Below, piece after piece: positions 21,804 through 30,928 of a stretch of DNA of 35,094 nt. How positions within the stretch are numbered: position 1 is the first letter of the stretch; every line of letters begins with the position of its first letter. The notes under the pieces were generated by a model. It was given only the letters and a program-made list of their open reading frames with translations, was not told the origin of the DNA and searched no databases. The position numbers and the translations under genes are program-made. The stretch is from contig JAGTVD010000429.1 of assembly GCA_018224505.1 (NCBI GenBank), forward strand, positions 1 through 35,094. Direction: 5' to 3'. The stretch is from Desulfatitalea sp. Its GTDB lineage: Bacteria > Desulfobacterota > Desulfobacteria > Desulfobacterales > Desulfosarcinaceae.

Positions 21804-22385
21804 ATGAAGGACGTGGGAAGCGAGAACGAAATACCCGCGAAGTCGGCCGAACCTAAAAGAAAGAGCGGCGTTGTGCGGATTCGCCCCATGGAGGTGGATG
21901 ACCTGGCGCCGGTTTTTCATCTGGGCGAAACCCTCTTCACGGCAGCCGATGCGCCCAACCTCTACCGGACCTGGGATGAATTCGAGGTGGTGGGCCTCTT
22001 TCAAAGCGATTGGGCCACCTGTTTCGTTGCGGAATATAATGAGAAACTTGCCGGTTTTGCCCTGGGCACCATCATCACCAAAACCCATTCGGCCTGGAAA
22101 TATGGCCACCTGATCTGGCTGGGGGTTGAACCCGAGTACATGCGCAAGGGTGTAGCCGAAAAACTGTTCAGACATTTTCGAGACGTCACCAGCGAAGAAG
22201 GCGTTCGCATGCTGATTGTGGATACAGAGGCCGACAATCTGGCCGCGTTGCGCTTCTTCCGCAAAATGGGTTTCAGCAGCCCCCAGGAGCACATTTACCT
22301 CTCCCTGAACCTGGCCAGCCGCCAACGCGGGACCGCCAACGGGCGTAAAAACGGCCCGCCCAAGCGGCCGGGCAAACAGAGATAG
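21804..22385 (+). CDS. GNAT family N-acetyltransferase
   Basis: VRIRPMEVDDL start, acetyl-CoA motif LGVEPEYMRKGVAEKL, NLAALRFFRKMGF. Confidence 0.88.
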   Translation: MKDVGSENEIPAKSAEPKRKSGVVRIRPMEVDDLAPVFHLGETLFTAADAPNLYRTWDEFEVVGLFQSDWATCFVAEYNEKLAGFALGTIITKTHSAWKYGHLIWLGVEPEYMRKGVAEKLFRHFRDVTSEEGVRMLIVDTEADNLAALRFFRKMGFSSPQEHIYLSLNLASRQRGTANGRKNGPPKRPGKQR

Positions 22386-22541
22386 CGCCCACGCCAACGC
22401 GAATTCGTTTTGACGCCGCTATTCGCCATAGAATGGCATACAGGCACCCAGACCCGCCATCCAACCAGCCTCACACCACCCCTGCGACACTTCAGAACAA
22501 AGCCGTTGCGATCCAAAAAGAAGTGCAATCCCATTTTCTTT

Positions 22542-22570
22542 TTGACATTTCCGCAACCTGTCAATATAAG
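22542..22570 (+). promoter_or_regulatory. Putative sigma70 promoter with an overlapping TTGACA-N11-TGTCAA inverted repeat
   Basis: TTGACA 22542-22547, 17-bp spacer, TATAAG 22565-22570; TGTCAA at 22559-22564 mirrors the -35. Confidence 0.55.
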
Positions 22571-22682
22571 AAATGAGGTTAGGCAACCTTCCCCATAAGA
22601 TGATGAAGTTGGTATACATTATTGAGCGCTTCCTCCGGGAAGAGAGTCGTCGTTAGGTTTCATCCTGAGGCATTAACAAGAG

Positions 22683-22811
22683 CCTGAACAGTTTGTTCAG
22701 GGAAAAGATCACCGACAGAATGATCGGACGGGCGGTTGTGCCTTGCTCACCGATCCGGGTCTGCGTCCTGACAGCCATGTCAGCACAGCACCTGTGCGCC
22801 GTTTGTGATCT
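22683..22811 (+). ncRNA. Candidate structured cis-regulatory leader RNA (family unknown)
   Basis: Five stems read by eye, the outer one closing directly before the AAGGAG RBS; no known riboswitch consensus recognised. Confidence 0.3.
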
Positions 22812-22823
22812 AAGGAGAAGTCG

Positions 22824-24653
22824 ATGCACCTTATCTGTCATCTGACCCGTCCCGCTTTGTTCGCGCCCCTTGCCACCCTGATTCGCAACTGTTCCCGAGC
22901 TACAATCAAGGCATTCTTGCTCGTTCTGGCCCTGCCCGCCTTACTATGGGCAGCCGATATCACATTGGCCTGGGATGCCAACGAGCCGGCACCGGAAGGG
23001 TATCGTGTCTATCAAAGAATTGCCCCCCAACCTTACCATTTTAATCAACCACCCGCCTGGGAGGGCTCCGGAACCACTTGCACCATCCGCAATCTGCAAC
23101 CCGGCATGCAATACCATTTTGTCGTTCGGGCATATACCGGCACGCTTGAGAGCAACAATTCGAACGAGGTCGGTTTCCGAACCCCAACAGGAACGGAACC
23201 TGCACCTACCGGAAATACCGGCATCGAAAATTCGTCGCCGAAGCCCGATCTCACCGGCAATGGCAACGTGGACCAGACACCGACATCGCCAACCCCGACC
23301 CAGGGGACGCTAACCGAACCGCCCATCGCCCAGGCCGGCGCCAATCAAACCGTGACATCGGCCAGCAAAGTGCAACTCAACGCATCGGAATCGGTTCACC
23401 CCCAAAAATTACCGCTGACCTACCAGTGGACCCAGACTGCCGGGCCATCCGTGGGTTTGGCGGACGGCAACACCCCCTGGGCGAGCTTCACAGCCCCTTC
23501 CGTGGCCACGGGGAAGACCGTCAACATGCTGTTTGAACTGACCGTTACCGATACCCGCAAATTGTCCAGCAGTGACACCTGCGTGGTATTGGTCACCGGC
23601 CCAGCGCCCCCAGCGATCGATGATCCCGCCCTGCCCGGCACAGGCGGTGATCCGGCTGTGGGTGGCGGAAGCCAGAATACAGACAGCGGAAAAAGTGATG
23701 CCCCCCACCCGCCTGCACAGCCCATTGTCTACTATCCGGTCGATGGCGCGGATGGACTCCCGTTGACGCCGCGCTTGACAGCGTCCGATTTCTGCGGCGG
23801 CGACAAAAACGATACCCACCAGCGCTCCGAATGGCGCATCTGGAAAACACGAGGGCAGCAAGTCGTGCTCGATGTGACCCGTGGCTATCATTCCCTGAAC
23901 CGTTTGTGGGTGCCGTTTTTCACCCTGACCACCAACACCACTTATACCTGCAAGGTGCGCTATTGGGACCACCGGGACCAGGCCTCGGAGTGGTCCGTCC
24001 CGGTCACCTTCACCGCCCGCGGCAGTTGGTTCAGTCGCAGCGACGCCATGGTGGCTTATACCCAACTCGCCCCCCTGGCAACCGACCTCAATGGAAACGG
24101 CATCCCGGACCTTCAGGAAGCGGATAAAATCCAGACCCTTCAGACCGCCGACGGCCGCCGCATGATGGCCTTGAGCATACATGACAGTGCGCATGTCCGG
24201 GCCATCGACCATGTCGCCGCAGTTGACCCGGAAACCATGGAGCCCCTGCCGCCCACCGATTCACCGCTACCCTATGGCCTGCTGGCGTATCGCCTCGAAG
24301 TCGACCAGCCAGGTCGGCAGACCCACGTGACCTTGCACCTCTCCGACCCCATCGATCCGCTGGCCCCATGGATGGTATACGGCGCGGATGGACAATGGAA
24401 GGTGGGCACCGATGAGGCGATACAGGTGAGTGCGGACGGACTGACCGTTGTGCGCACCATCGAGGATGGCGGCGAGCACGATGTGGACGGCGTGGCCAAT
24501 GGGGTCATTGTCGACCTGCTGGGACCCCTCGCAACCTCAGAAACGCCGGACAGCGCCGACAGACATGTCGAAGGTGCCACCAGCAACAACAGTAGCAGCG
24601 ATTCAAGTGATTTCGGGTGGGCGGGTTGTTTCATCAACACGCTAAAGAAATAA
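22824..24653 (+). CDS. Secreted/surface protein: FN3 + PKD-like + FN3-like + choice-of-anchor-U-like domains, C-terminal GCFI sorting motif
   Basis: Signal peptide (KAFLLVLALPALLWA-AD), FN3 (ITLAWDAN..GYRVY..YHFVVRAY..SNEV), PKD-like (PPIAQAGANQTV..LTYQWTQTAG), EDGGEHDVDGVANGVIVD motif, Ser-rich linker then GCFINTLKK-stop; AAGGAG RBS. Confidence 0.85.
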   Translation: MHLICHLTRPALFAPLATLIRNCSRATIKAFLLVLALPALLWAADITLAWDANEPAPEGYRVYQRIAPQPYHFNQPPAWEGSGTTCTIRNLQPGMQYHFVVRAYTGTLESNNSNEVGFRTPTGTEPAPTGNTGIENSSPKPDLTGNGNVDQTPTSPTPTQGTLTEPPIAQAGANQTVTSASKVQLNASESVHPQKLPLTYQWTQTAGPSVGLADGNTPWASFTAPSVATGKTVNMLFELTVTDTRKLSSSDTCVVLVTGPAPPAIDDPALPGTGGDPAVGGGSQNTDSGKSDAPHPPAQPIVYYPVDGADGLPLTPRLTASDFCGGDKNDTHQRSEWRIWKTRGQQVVLDVTRGYHSLNRLWVPFFTLTTNTTYTCKVRYWDHRDQASEWSVPVTFTARGSWFSRSDAMVAYTQLAPLATDLNGNGIPDLQEADKIQTLQTADGRRMMALSIHDSAHVRAIDHVAAVDPETMEPLPPTDSPLPYGLLAYRLEVDQPGRQTHVTLHLSDPIDPLAPWMVYGADGQWKVGTDEAIQVSADGLTVVRTIEDGGEHDVDGVANGVIVDLLGPLATSETPDSADRHVEGATSNNSSSDSSDFGWAGCFINTLKK

Positions 24654-24782
24654 AGAACCGATTGCCATAGGCGGTACTGGTTCAACCCCATCAGGACACG
24701 GTCCTCATGCCCGGCCCGTCGCAATTCAAACCGTAGGCCCAAGAATCGGACACCCTGCCCGCGAATGATTGGATGTCGCTAT

Positions 24783-24928
24783 TGGAAGGGCAACGCTATT
24801 TTGATCTCAGCGGGAGGCGCCATCAGCATGGCCATCGTGGTCGGACTGATCTTCGATGCCTACCCTGCCACTCTGGCCGCACGGTGCTTCAACCCCCGCC
24901 GCACGGCCGGCAGCCACTTTCATACGAA
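24783..24928 (+). pseudogene. Probable decayed 3' fragment of a MacB/FtsX-type ABC permease gene
   Basis: Translates as ..ISMAIVVGLIFDAYPATLAAR, then after a 2-nt shift LQP.......LSYE, resembling the family C-terminus VGLxFGxYPAxxAARLxPxxALRYE. Confidence 0.4.
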
Positions 24929-24952
24929 GACAATCGGGTTGCCCTGTCGGGA

Positions 24953-26518
24953 TCACTCCTGTGTGGAAAGATAGGTCCGCAAGTTGACTTTTCTGTTTTT
25001 GAGGCCCAGTTTTCGGCGAATGCTCTCGCGATAGGACTCCACCGTGCGGGGGGAGAGATTCAGCAGCCGGGCCATCTCCTTGGTTGTCCTGCCTTTGCGG
25101 ATAAGGTTGGCCACCTGCAGTTCGGTGGGCGAGAAGATGTAGTACTTGGCCGAGAGCTCGGGCATGGGTGCACCGATCACCTCTCCGATGTTCATCCGGA
25201 TCACATCCAGATATTGCTTCTGCATGGCGTTCAGACCGCTTTTCCCCAACCGGTCCAGGTAGGGTTCGATGAGCTGGGCCAGGTTGACCCGAATATTCTC
25301 CTCCGTCCGGAGCCGGTCCTCATTGCGCTTATCCAATAAAACCCGCATGGCCGTGTTCAACTCCTCCAGCCGACCGGTTTTCAAACGCAGCTCATTGGCC
25401 GTCTCCCTGCCCCTGACAATTTCTTCCCGCAATTTCTGGTTGGTCAAGGACAGCTCCTGGGTCCGCTCCTGAACCAGTGCTTCCAGCTGCTGACGGTATT
25501 GTTCCAGCTCCCTCTCGTTCTCCTTCTGTTCAGTCACAAAGTGCGCCACCACATTGGCGCCCCAAAGCACATCCCCTTCATACAGATGCCGCACATGGAA
25601 ACGCACCCATTCAATACGACCGCTTTTGGTCCGGATATCATAATCCACGTGATTGGAAACGTTCTTTCCCGCCCCCATTTCCAGGATCCGCTCATGGAAC
25701 TTATGACGGCTTTCCGGGGTCAATAAATCTTCAGGATTCATGGCCAGCAGCTCTTCTTCGCTGTAACCGGTGGCCACGCACATCAAGTCGTTCACCTTGA
25801 GGAATTTGTTCGCCCGGATATCGATACGGTAAATGGCCGCGGGTGACAGTTGCAGCATCTGGTCGTTCAAAGCCTGGCTTTCGTCCAGGGCGCGGGACAT
25901 GGAGCGGTCTTGGTGCCATTGGGCAAGCAGTGTCATGGTGGCCAGAAGGGTTTTCCCGACGCTATCTCTTTCACGCGCCATTTGCTGTTCCAGCGTGCGT
26001 TGCTCGATGGCTTGGGCAATCCACTGAGCCCCGATTTGCAGAAATCGCACGTGTGACGAAGGGTAGTCACGGGGCCGACCGTCATAAACCGCGAGGCATC
26101 CGATGGTTTCGCCATTGCGACACACCGGCACCCCAATGTATGCTTTGAGCTGGTATTGCCGGATATCCGGATCGGAAGTTGCGTAGCAACTGCTGTCCAA
26201 ATCAGGGATCACCATCTCCGAACGGTTCGCCCGGATGAACGCCTCGTAGCCAATCCGCCCCGCTGCAAGTCCTGACGGCGGGTAATCTGCAGGCAGGTCG
26301 CAGCCGTCGCACGTGATCATTCGGCTTTCGGCTGGATCGAAGCAGCTGTATAGGGCAAATCGTCCCCCGACGGCGGACAACGCCTTTAACAGTACCTGTT
26401 GAATAACGCCGGATGGATCGACTGAGATGCGGCGGGCCAAACCGGCCAAGCCGGCCAGCAAATCCGTCGCGGCCGCGTCACTGCCCCGGCAAAGAGCCGA
26501 GTCCGATGCTGGATGCAT
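24953..26518 (-). CDS. GAF-PAS-LuxR HTH transcriptional regulator
   Basis: GAF (AYIGVPVCRNGETIGCLAVYD), PAS (VNDLMCVATGYSEEELLAM), coiled coil (LEALVQERTQEL), LuxR HTH (FSPTELQVANLIRKGRTTKEMARLLNLSPRTVESYRESIRRKLG). Start moved to MHPASD (26518) to avoid overlap with the upstream gene. Confidence 0.9.
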   Translation of the reverse strand: MHPASDSALCRGSDAAATDLLAGLAGLARRISVDPSGVIQQVLLKALSAVGGRFALYSCFDPAESRMITCDGCDLPADYPPSGLAAGRIGYEAFIRANRSEMVIPDLDSSCYATSDPDIRQYQLKAYIGVPVCRNGETIGCLAVYDGRPRDYPSSHVRFLQIGAQWIAQAIEQRTLEQQMARERDSVGKTLLATMTLLAQWHQDRSMSRALDESQALNDQMLQLSPAAIYRIDIRANKFLKVNDLMCVATGYSEEELLAMNPEDLLTPESRHKFHERILEMGAGKNVSNHVDYDIRTKSGRIEWVRFHVRHLYEGDVLWGANVVAHFVTEQKENERELEQYRQQLEALVQERTQELSLTNQKLREEIVRGRETANELRLKTGRLEELNTAMRVLLDKRNEDRLRTEENIRVNLAQLIEPYLDRLGKSGLNAMQKQYLDVIRMNIGEVIGAPMPELSAKYYIFSPTELQVANLIRKGRTTKEMARLLNLSPRTVESYRESIRRKLGLKNRKVNLRTYLSTQE

Positions 26519-26576
26519 ACCACACCTTTCATACGCATTTGGATTCGTTCGAATAAGCGCGTCGCCGGCAACTGTT

Positions 26577-26816
26577 TCAGTCGACCTTGGCGGTCGGATC
26601 TTCACCGGTGTCGCCGCCGCGCCGTAAGCGAAGCAGCCGCAATACAAAACCCAAACAGAGTGCAGCACTGATCAGAATGATGAAGTTAGCGGCAAAAAAG
26701 GCCAACACAAAGGAGAACGGGTCATTCATCCGGTAGGCACCCACCAGCACCTGAATGCCCAGGAGCAGAAACAACAGGCCAACGAGCAGCAATACGCCAT
26801 ACTTGATATAGGCCAC
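26577..26816 (-). CDS. Small two-TM membrane protein
   Basis: GTG start 7 nt after GAAAGGA; two hydrophobic helices separated by YRMNDPFSF; basic C-terminal tail. Confidence 0.7.
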   Translation of the reverse strand: MAYIKYGVLLLVGLLFLLLGIQVLVGAYRMNDPFSFVLAFFAANFIILISAALCLGFVLRLLRLRRGGDTGEDPTAKVD

Positions 26817-27102
26817 GCACATATCCTTTCCCGGGGAACCGTGCCGAATGCTGCACACCCCCCATTAGCAAAAATGGAAACACCATAAAAAAACCCCTCC
26901 TGTCAATAGATCAGGTGATTGGGGATAATTTTACATGCGCCCTGGCCTCCATTCCGTTCCTTGTTGACCAAATCGATTTTTTTGCATATCCATTCGGGAT
27001 CGATACGGCGACCGAGCCCAGCAACCGCAACCGCATCCGCCTTGTGCGTCCATTGCCATACGGCATCCGTCGCAGGGACACAACGCCAGACAGGAATCAA
27101 GA

Positions 27103-28326
27103 ATGATCCGCATCAATGAACATTTTTTAAAGCTACAGGCCAGTTATCTTTTTGCCAACATCGCCAAACGGGTGGAGGAATACCAGGTCCGCCACCCGGA
27201 AAAAGAGATGATCCGCCTCGGCATTGGCGATGTCACCCACGCTTTACCGCCGGCATGCATCGCGGCACTGCATCAAGCCGTGGATGAGATGGCCCGCGAG
27301 GACGCCTTCCGCGGCTATGGGCCGGAGCAAGGCTATGCCTTTCTGCGGGAAGCCATTGCCCGGCACGATTTTCAAAGCCGGGGGGCCGATGTCGACGCCG
27401 ATGAGATATTTGTCAGTGACGGGGCCAAATGCGACACCGGCAATATCCAGGAGTTGTTTGCCACCGACATCCGAGTAGCCGTGCCCGATCCGGTCTATCC
27501 GGTCTATGTGGATACCAATGTCATGGCCGGGCGAACGGGCCTCTATCAGGATGGCGGGTATGAAGGCCTGGTCTACCTGGCATGCACCGAGGCCAACGGT
27601 TACATCCCCCAGCTGCCCGCCGAGCCGGTGGACCTGATCTATCTGTGTTTTCCGAACAACCCCACCGGCGCCACCATCACCCGCGAACAGCTGCAGACCT
27701 GGGTCGATTACGCCCGTGCCCACAAAGCCCTGATCCTGTATGATGCCGCCTACGAGGCATTCATTCGGGACGATCGGCTGCCGCGCTCGATCTACGAAGT
27801 GGCGGGTGCCCGGGAAGTGGCCATCGAATTTCGCAGTTTTTCAAAAACCGCCGGGTTTACCGGTACCCGTTGCGCCTATACCGTTGTACCGAAAGCTTGC
27901 ACGGCCTACGGACACGACGGCCGGCCCGTGGCGGTGCGCGATTTGTGGAACCGGCGGCACGCCACCAAGTTCAACGGTGTTTCCTATCCGGTTCAACGGG
28001 CCGCCGAAGCGGTCTATTCACCCGAAGGGCAAGCCCAGGTCAAACAGCTGGCCGACGGGTATCTCAAAAACGCCGCCTTTGTGCGTCGGGCCTTCAGCGC
28101 CATGGGATTCGATTGCGTCGGCGGCGACAACTCCCCCTATGTCTGGATCAATGGCCGGCGGGATTCCTGGGCCTTTTTCGATCTGCTGCTGGACAAGGCC
28201 GGCGTGGTCTGCACCCCGGGCGCGGGGTTCGGGCGCTGTGGCCAGACCTATATACGGATCAGTGGATTCAACAGTTTCGCCAATGTTCAGAAAGCCATGA
28301 CGCGGATACAAGCCGCCTTGCAATAA
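27103..28326 (+). CDS. dapL: LL-diaminopimelate aminotransferase
   Basis: [44 protein letters not shown] motif [20 protein letters not shown]; adjacent to lysA. Confidence 0.95.
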   Translation: MIRINEHFLKLQASYLFANIAKRVEEYQVRHPEKEMIRLGIGDVTHALPPACIAALHQAVDEMAREDAFRGYGPEQGYAFLREAIARHDFQSRGADVDADEIFVSDGAKCDTGNIQELFATDIRVAVPDPVYPVYVDTNVMAGRTGLYQDGGYEGLVYLACTEANGYIPQLPAEPVDLIYLCFPNNPTGATITREQLQTWVDYARAHKALILYDAAYEAFIRDDRLPRSIYEVAGAREVAIEFRSFSKTAGFTGTRCAYTVVPKACTAYGHDGRPVAVRDLWNRRHATKFNGVSYPVQRAAEAVYSPEGQAQVKQLADGYLKNAAFVRRAFSAMGFDCVGGDNSPYVWINGRRDSWAFFDLLLDKAGVVCTPGAGFGRCGQTYIRISGFNSFANVQKAMTRIQAALQ

Positions 28327-28339
28327 GGATCGCCCGACC

Positions 28340-29599
28340 ATGCCGATGAGCCCCAGCTATCGCGACCGCCTCTTTCCCATTCTGCCCAGGGTTGCCGCAA
28401 GATTTGGCACCCCCTTCCACATTTACGACGAAACGGGAATCCGTGAAACCGGCCGGCGGCTTCAGCAAGCCTTCGCCCGGCTGGAAAATTTTCAGGAGTA
28501 TTTCGCTGTCAAGGCGCTGCCCAACCCGCGCATCCTGCAAATCATTCGCGACATGGGCTTTGGGTTTGACTGCAGCTCGATAGCCGAGTTATTGCTGGCC
28601 CGGCAGGCAGGCGCCCGGGGCGAGGCCTTGATGTTCACCTCCAACAACACCAGCGCCACCGAATTCCAGACCGCATTGGCCGATGGGGGCAGCCTGCTGA
28701 ATCTGGATGATCTTTCGTTGGTGGCCAAGGTGCCCCAAATGCCGGAAACCATCTGCTTTCGCTACAACCCCGGCCCGCGACGCAGCGGCAACAGCATCAT
28801 CGGCAATCCGGTGGAAGCCAAGTATGGTGTGGCCCATCATCAGTTGATACCGGCCTACCAGGCGGCTGTGGCGCGCGGCGCGCGGCGCTTCGGACTGCAC
28901 ACCATGCTGGCCTCCAACGAGCGCAACCACACCTACATGGTGCAAACCGTCCAAATGCTGCTCGATGTGGCCCGCTGGGTCTCCGCCGAGTTGAAGATCC
29001 GTTTTGACTTCCTCAACATGGGCGGCGGCCTCGGCATTCCCTACCATCCCGACGATGCGCCCTTTGATCTGGAGGCCATGGCCACCGCCGTCACCGGGCT
29101 GCTCGAAGATTTCGGCGCCGAACAGGGCTATGTGCCCCGACTCTGCATGGAAAGCGGCCGATACATGACCGGCCCCCATGGCGTTCTGGTGGTCACGGCC
29201 ATCAATCGCAAAGAGATTTACCGCACCTACATTGGCGTGGATGCCAGCATGTCCGCACTCATGCGGCCCGCCATGTACGGCGCCTACCACCATATCGAAG
29301 TACTGGGAAAAACGGGAGACATGCCCCCCCAGAAGGTGGATGTGGTGGGTTCGCTCTGCGAAAACAATGATAAATTCGCCATCCAACGCGACCTTCCACC
29401 CATTGACGAAGGGGACTTGCTGGTCATCCAGGATACCGGCGCCCACGGCCATGCCATGGGATTTAACTACAACGGCAAGTTGCGGCCCAAGGAGTTGCTC
29501 CTGTGCGCCGACGGCAGCGTGGCCTTGATTCGCAGGGCTGAAACAATCGACGACTACTTTGCGACCCTGGAATTTGAAAAGCAGGTTCTGAATCCCTGA
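28340..29599 (+). CDS. lysA: Diaminopimelate decarboxylase
   Basis: TPFHIYDE, PLP-Lys FAVKALPN, NMGGGLGIPY, ESGRYM, RPAMYGAYH, VVGSLCENNDKF, GAHGHAMGFNYN. Confidence 0.94.
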   Translation: MPMSPSYRDRLFPILPRVAARFGTPFHIYDETGIRETGRRLQQAFARLENFQEYFAVKALPNPRILQIIRDMGFGFDCSSIAELLLARQAGARGEALMFTSNNTSATEFQTALADGGSLLNLDDLSLVAKVPQMPETICFRYNPGPRRSGNSIIGNPVEAKYGVAHHQLIPAYQAAVARGARRFGLHTMLASNERNHTYMVQTVQMLLDVARWVSAELKIRFDFLNMGGGLGIPYHPDDAPFDLEAMATAVTGLLEDFGAEQGYVPRLCMESGRYMTGPHGVLVVTAINRKEIYRTYIGVDASMSALMRPAMYGAYHHIEVLGKTGDMPPQKVDVVGSLCENNDKFAIQRDLPPIDEGDLLVIQDTGAHGHAMGFNYNGKLRPKELLLCADGSVALIRRAETIDDYFATLEFEKQVLNP

Positions 29600-29628
29600 T
29601 TCGCATGGGAAAAGTGTCCATTCACCTG

Positions 29629-29657
29629 TTGACGTTTCAATCAAAAAGGATTAGTTT
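29629..29657 (+). promoter_or_regulatory. Putative sigma70 promoter about 300 nt upstream of the 258-aa hypothetical gene
   Basis: TTGACG 29629-29634, 17-bp spacer, TAGTTT 29652-29657. Confidence 0.5.
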
Positions 29658-29964
29658 GCCCCATACTTGCCAGGAGCACTATCGCGACCACGGATCAACT
29701 CGCAAAAAATAGCCCCCATGGCTTGATAACATCACTAAAGTAAATCCCTTAAAAGACCGATACACTTGGCATACAGCCTACAGCCGAACCGCATCGATGC
29801 AGAACCCCCTTCCTTGTTACAGCAAAGATTCGCGTCGAGCCAATCGTAAGGGCCTGGTCAAAAGAGCGCTGAACGCACTCTAACCCGAACAGGGTGTGTG
29901 GTAACGAACCGAAAGCTGAGTGATCAGCTCTAATAAATTGAACGTACTCAAGGAGACCGATTGA

Positions 29965-30741
29965 ATGGATGATTTTTTGCACAACCTGCGCAGCGGCAAA
30001 CTCAAGCAATCCGAAAGACAAAATCGCCCTTACGGTGACCAGCAGTTTAAAGGCGGTCAGCGCCGCAACATGCCGGATCGACGCAAGCGCGAAGGGGACA
30101 ACAAAGAGGTGTTCGAACGGTTGCAGGGGATCAAGGAGGTCCTGGAAACCCTCTCCGCAACGCAAAAACGGATGACCGACGCCTACATCGAACGCAACCG
30201 CACCGAAGTGCGCAAAGCCAAGGCCATGGAGGTGCTGGCGGAAAATATTTACCGTATGCTCAACCCCAACGCCGAATACCCGGGCCCGTTATTCACCACC
30301 GAACCGGCTGTGCCCACCCCTGCCGAAAAAGAGCCCCGCGCCACCAAACAAAGCGACACCCCTGCCGAACCGGAACCCGAAGCGGTTGAAACGATCGCGG
30401 CGCTTGAAACCGATGAAACGGTCGCGGTGTTTGAAACGGATGAGGGGGAGGAAGCGGTCGAAATGGCCGCCGGGACTATTGAAACAGAATCGGTCGCGTC
30501 CCGCAAAGATGGGCAGGACGACGCAGCTGAAGAGCACACCGGGAAGGCAGCCGCCGGCCGCCTCACGGAAATCGATCGCCACACCCTGTTCGCCGTCATC
30601 AATCAGATGCGCTCGGAAGGCAACAATTGGGAAAGCATCGCGCGTCACATCGCGAGCCAGGGCTATCCCACCGTATCCGGAAAAGGGCTTTGGCGTGGCG
30701 TGATGGTGAAAAACCTGTTTGAGAAAATGGCAGAAGCATAG
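29965..30741 (+). CDS. Hypothetical protein: basic N-terminus, coiled coil, acidic linker, C-terminal recombinase-type DNA-binding-like motif
   Basis: AAGGAG RBS; C-terminus MRSEGNNWESIARHIASQGYPTVSGKGLWRGVMVKNL matches the GxSxxxIAxxLNxxGxxTxxGxxWxxxxV pattern of the large serine recombinase 'Recombinase' domain; no catalytic resolvase domain. Confidence 0.82.
   Translation: MDDFLHNLRSGKLKQSERQNRPYGDQQFKGGQRRNMPDRRKREGDNKEVFERLQGIKEVLETLSATQKRMTDAYIERNRTEVRKAKAMEVLAENIYRMLNPNAEYPGPLFTTEPAVPTPAEKEPRATKQSDTPAEPEPEAVETIAALETDETVAVFETDEGEEAVEMAAGTIETESVASRKDGQDDAAEEHTGKAAAGRLTEIDRHTLFAVINQMRSEGNNWESIARHIASQGYPTVSGKGLWRGVMVKNLFEKMAEA
30388..30441 (+). repeat. 27-bp in-frame tandem duplication (ETIAALETD / ETVAVFETD)
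   Basis: GAAACGATCGCGGCGCTTGAAACCGAT followed by GAAACGGTCGCGGTGTTTGAAACGGAT. Confidence 0.7.
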
Positions 30742-30749
30742 AATCTTTA

Positions 30750-30928
30750 GGGCTCGCGAAACAATAAATTCGCATTTGAGGCGCCCGGATTTGGGTCGGA
30801 TTGGCCCGATCATCGGATTCAAAACCGGAGGCATAGCGAGCTATTCCGAGGATATTGAATCCGATGATCGGGCCAAGGCGGCCTGAAGCAGGGATGCATA
30901 AAAGGGGAAGTTATTTTTTCGCGAGCCC
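30750..30928. mobile_element. MITE (179 bp) with 18-bp terminal inverted repeats and TTA target duplication
   Basis: Left TIR GGGCTCGCGAAACAATAA (30750-30767), right TIR TTATTTTTTCGCGAGCCC (30911-30928), 17/18 match; TTA at 30747-30749 and 30929-30931; perfect internal 22-bp inverted repeat 30801-30822 / 30855-30876; no coding capacity. Confidence 0.85.

Noticed and set aside
26519-26668. N-terminal 50-aa extension of the LuxR ORF given by the ORF track
   Set aside because: Overlaps the small membrane-protein gene; a better start with an RBS exists at 26518.
26860-27102. Possible lysine riboswitch upstream of dapL-lysA
   Set aside because: No L-box consensus elements or terminator recognised; it looks like a plain divergent promoter region.
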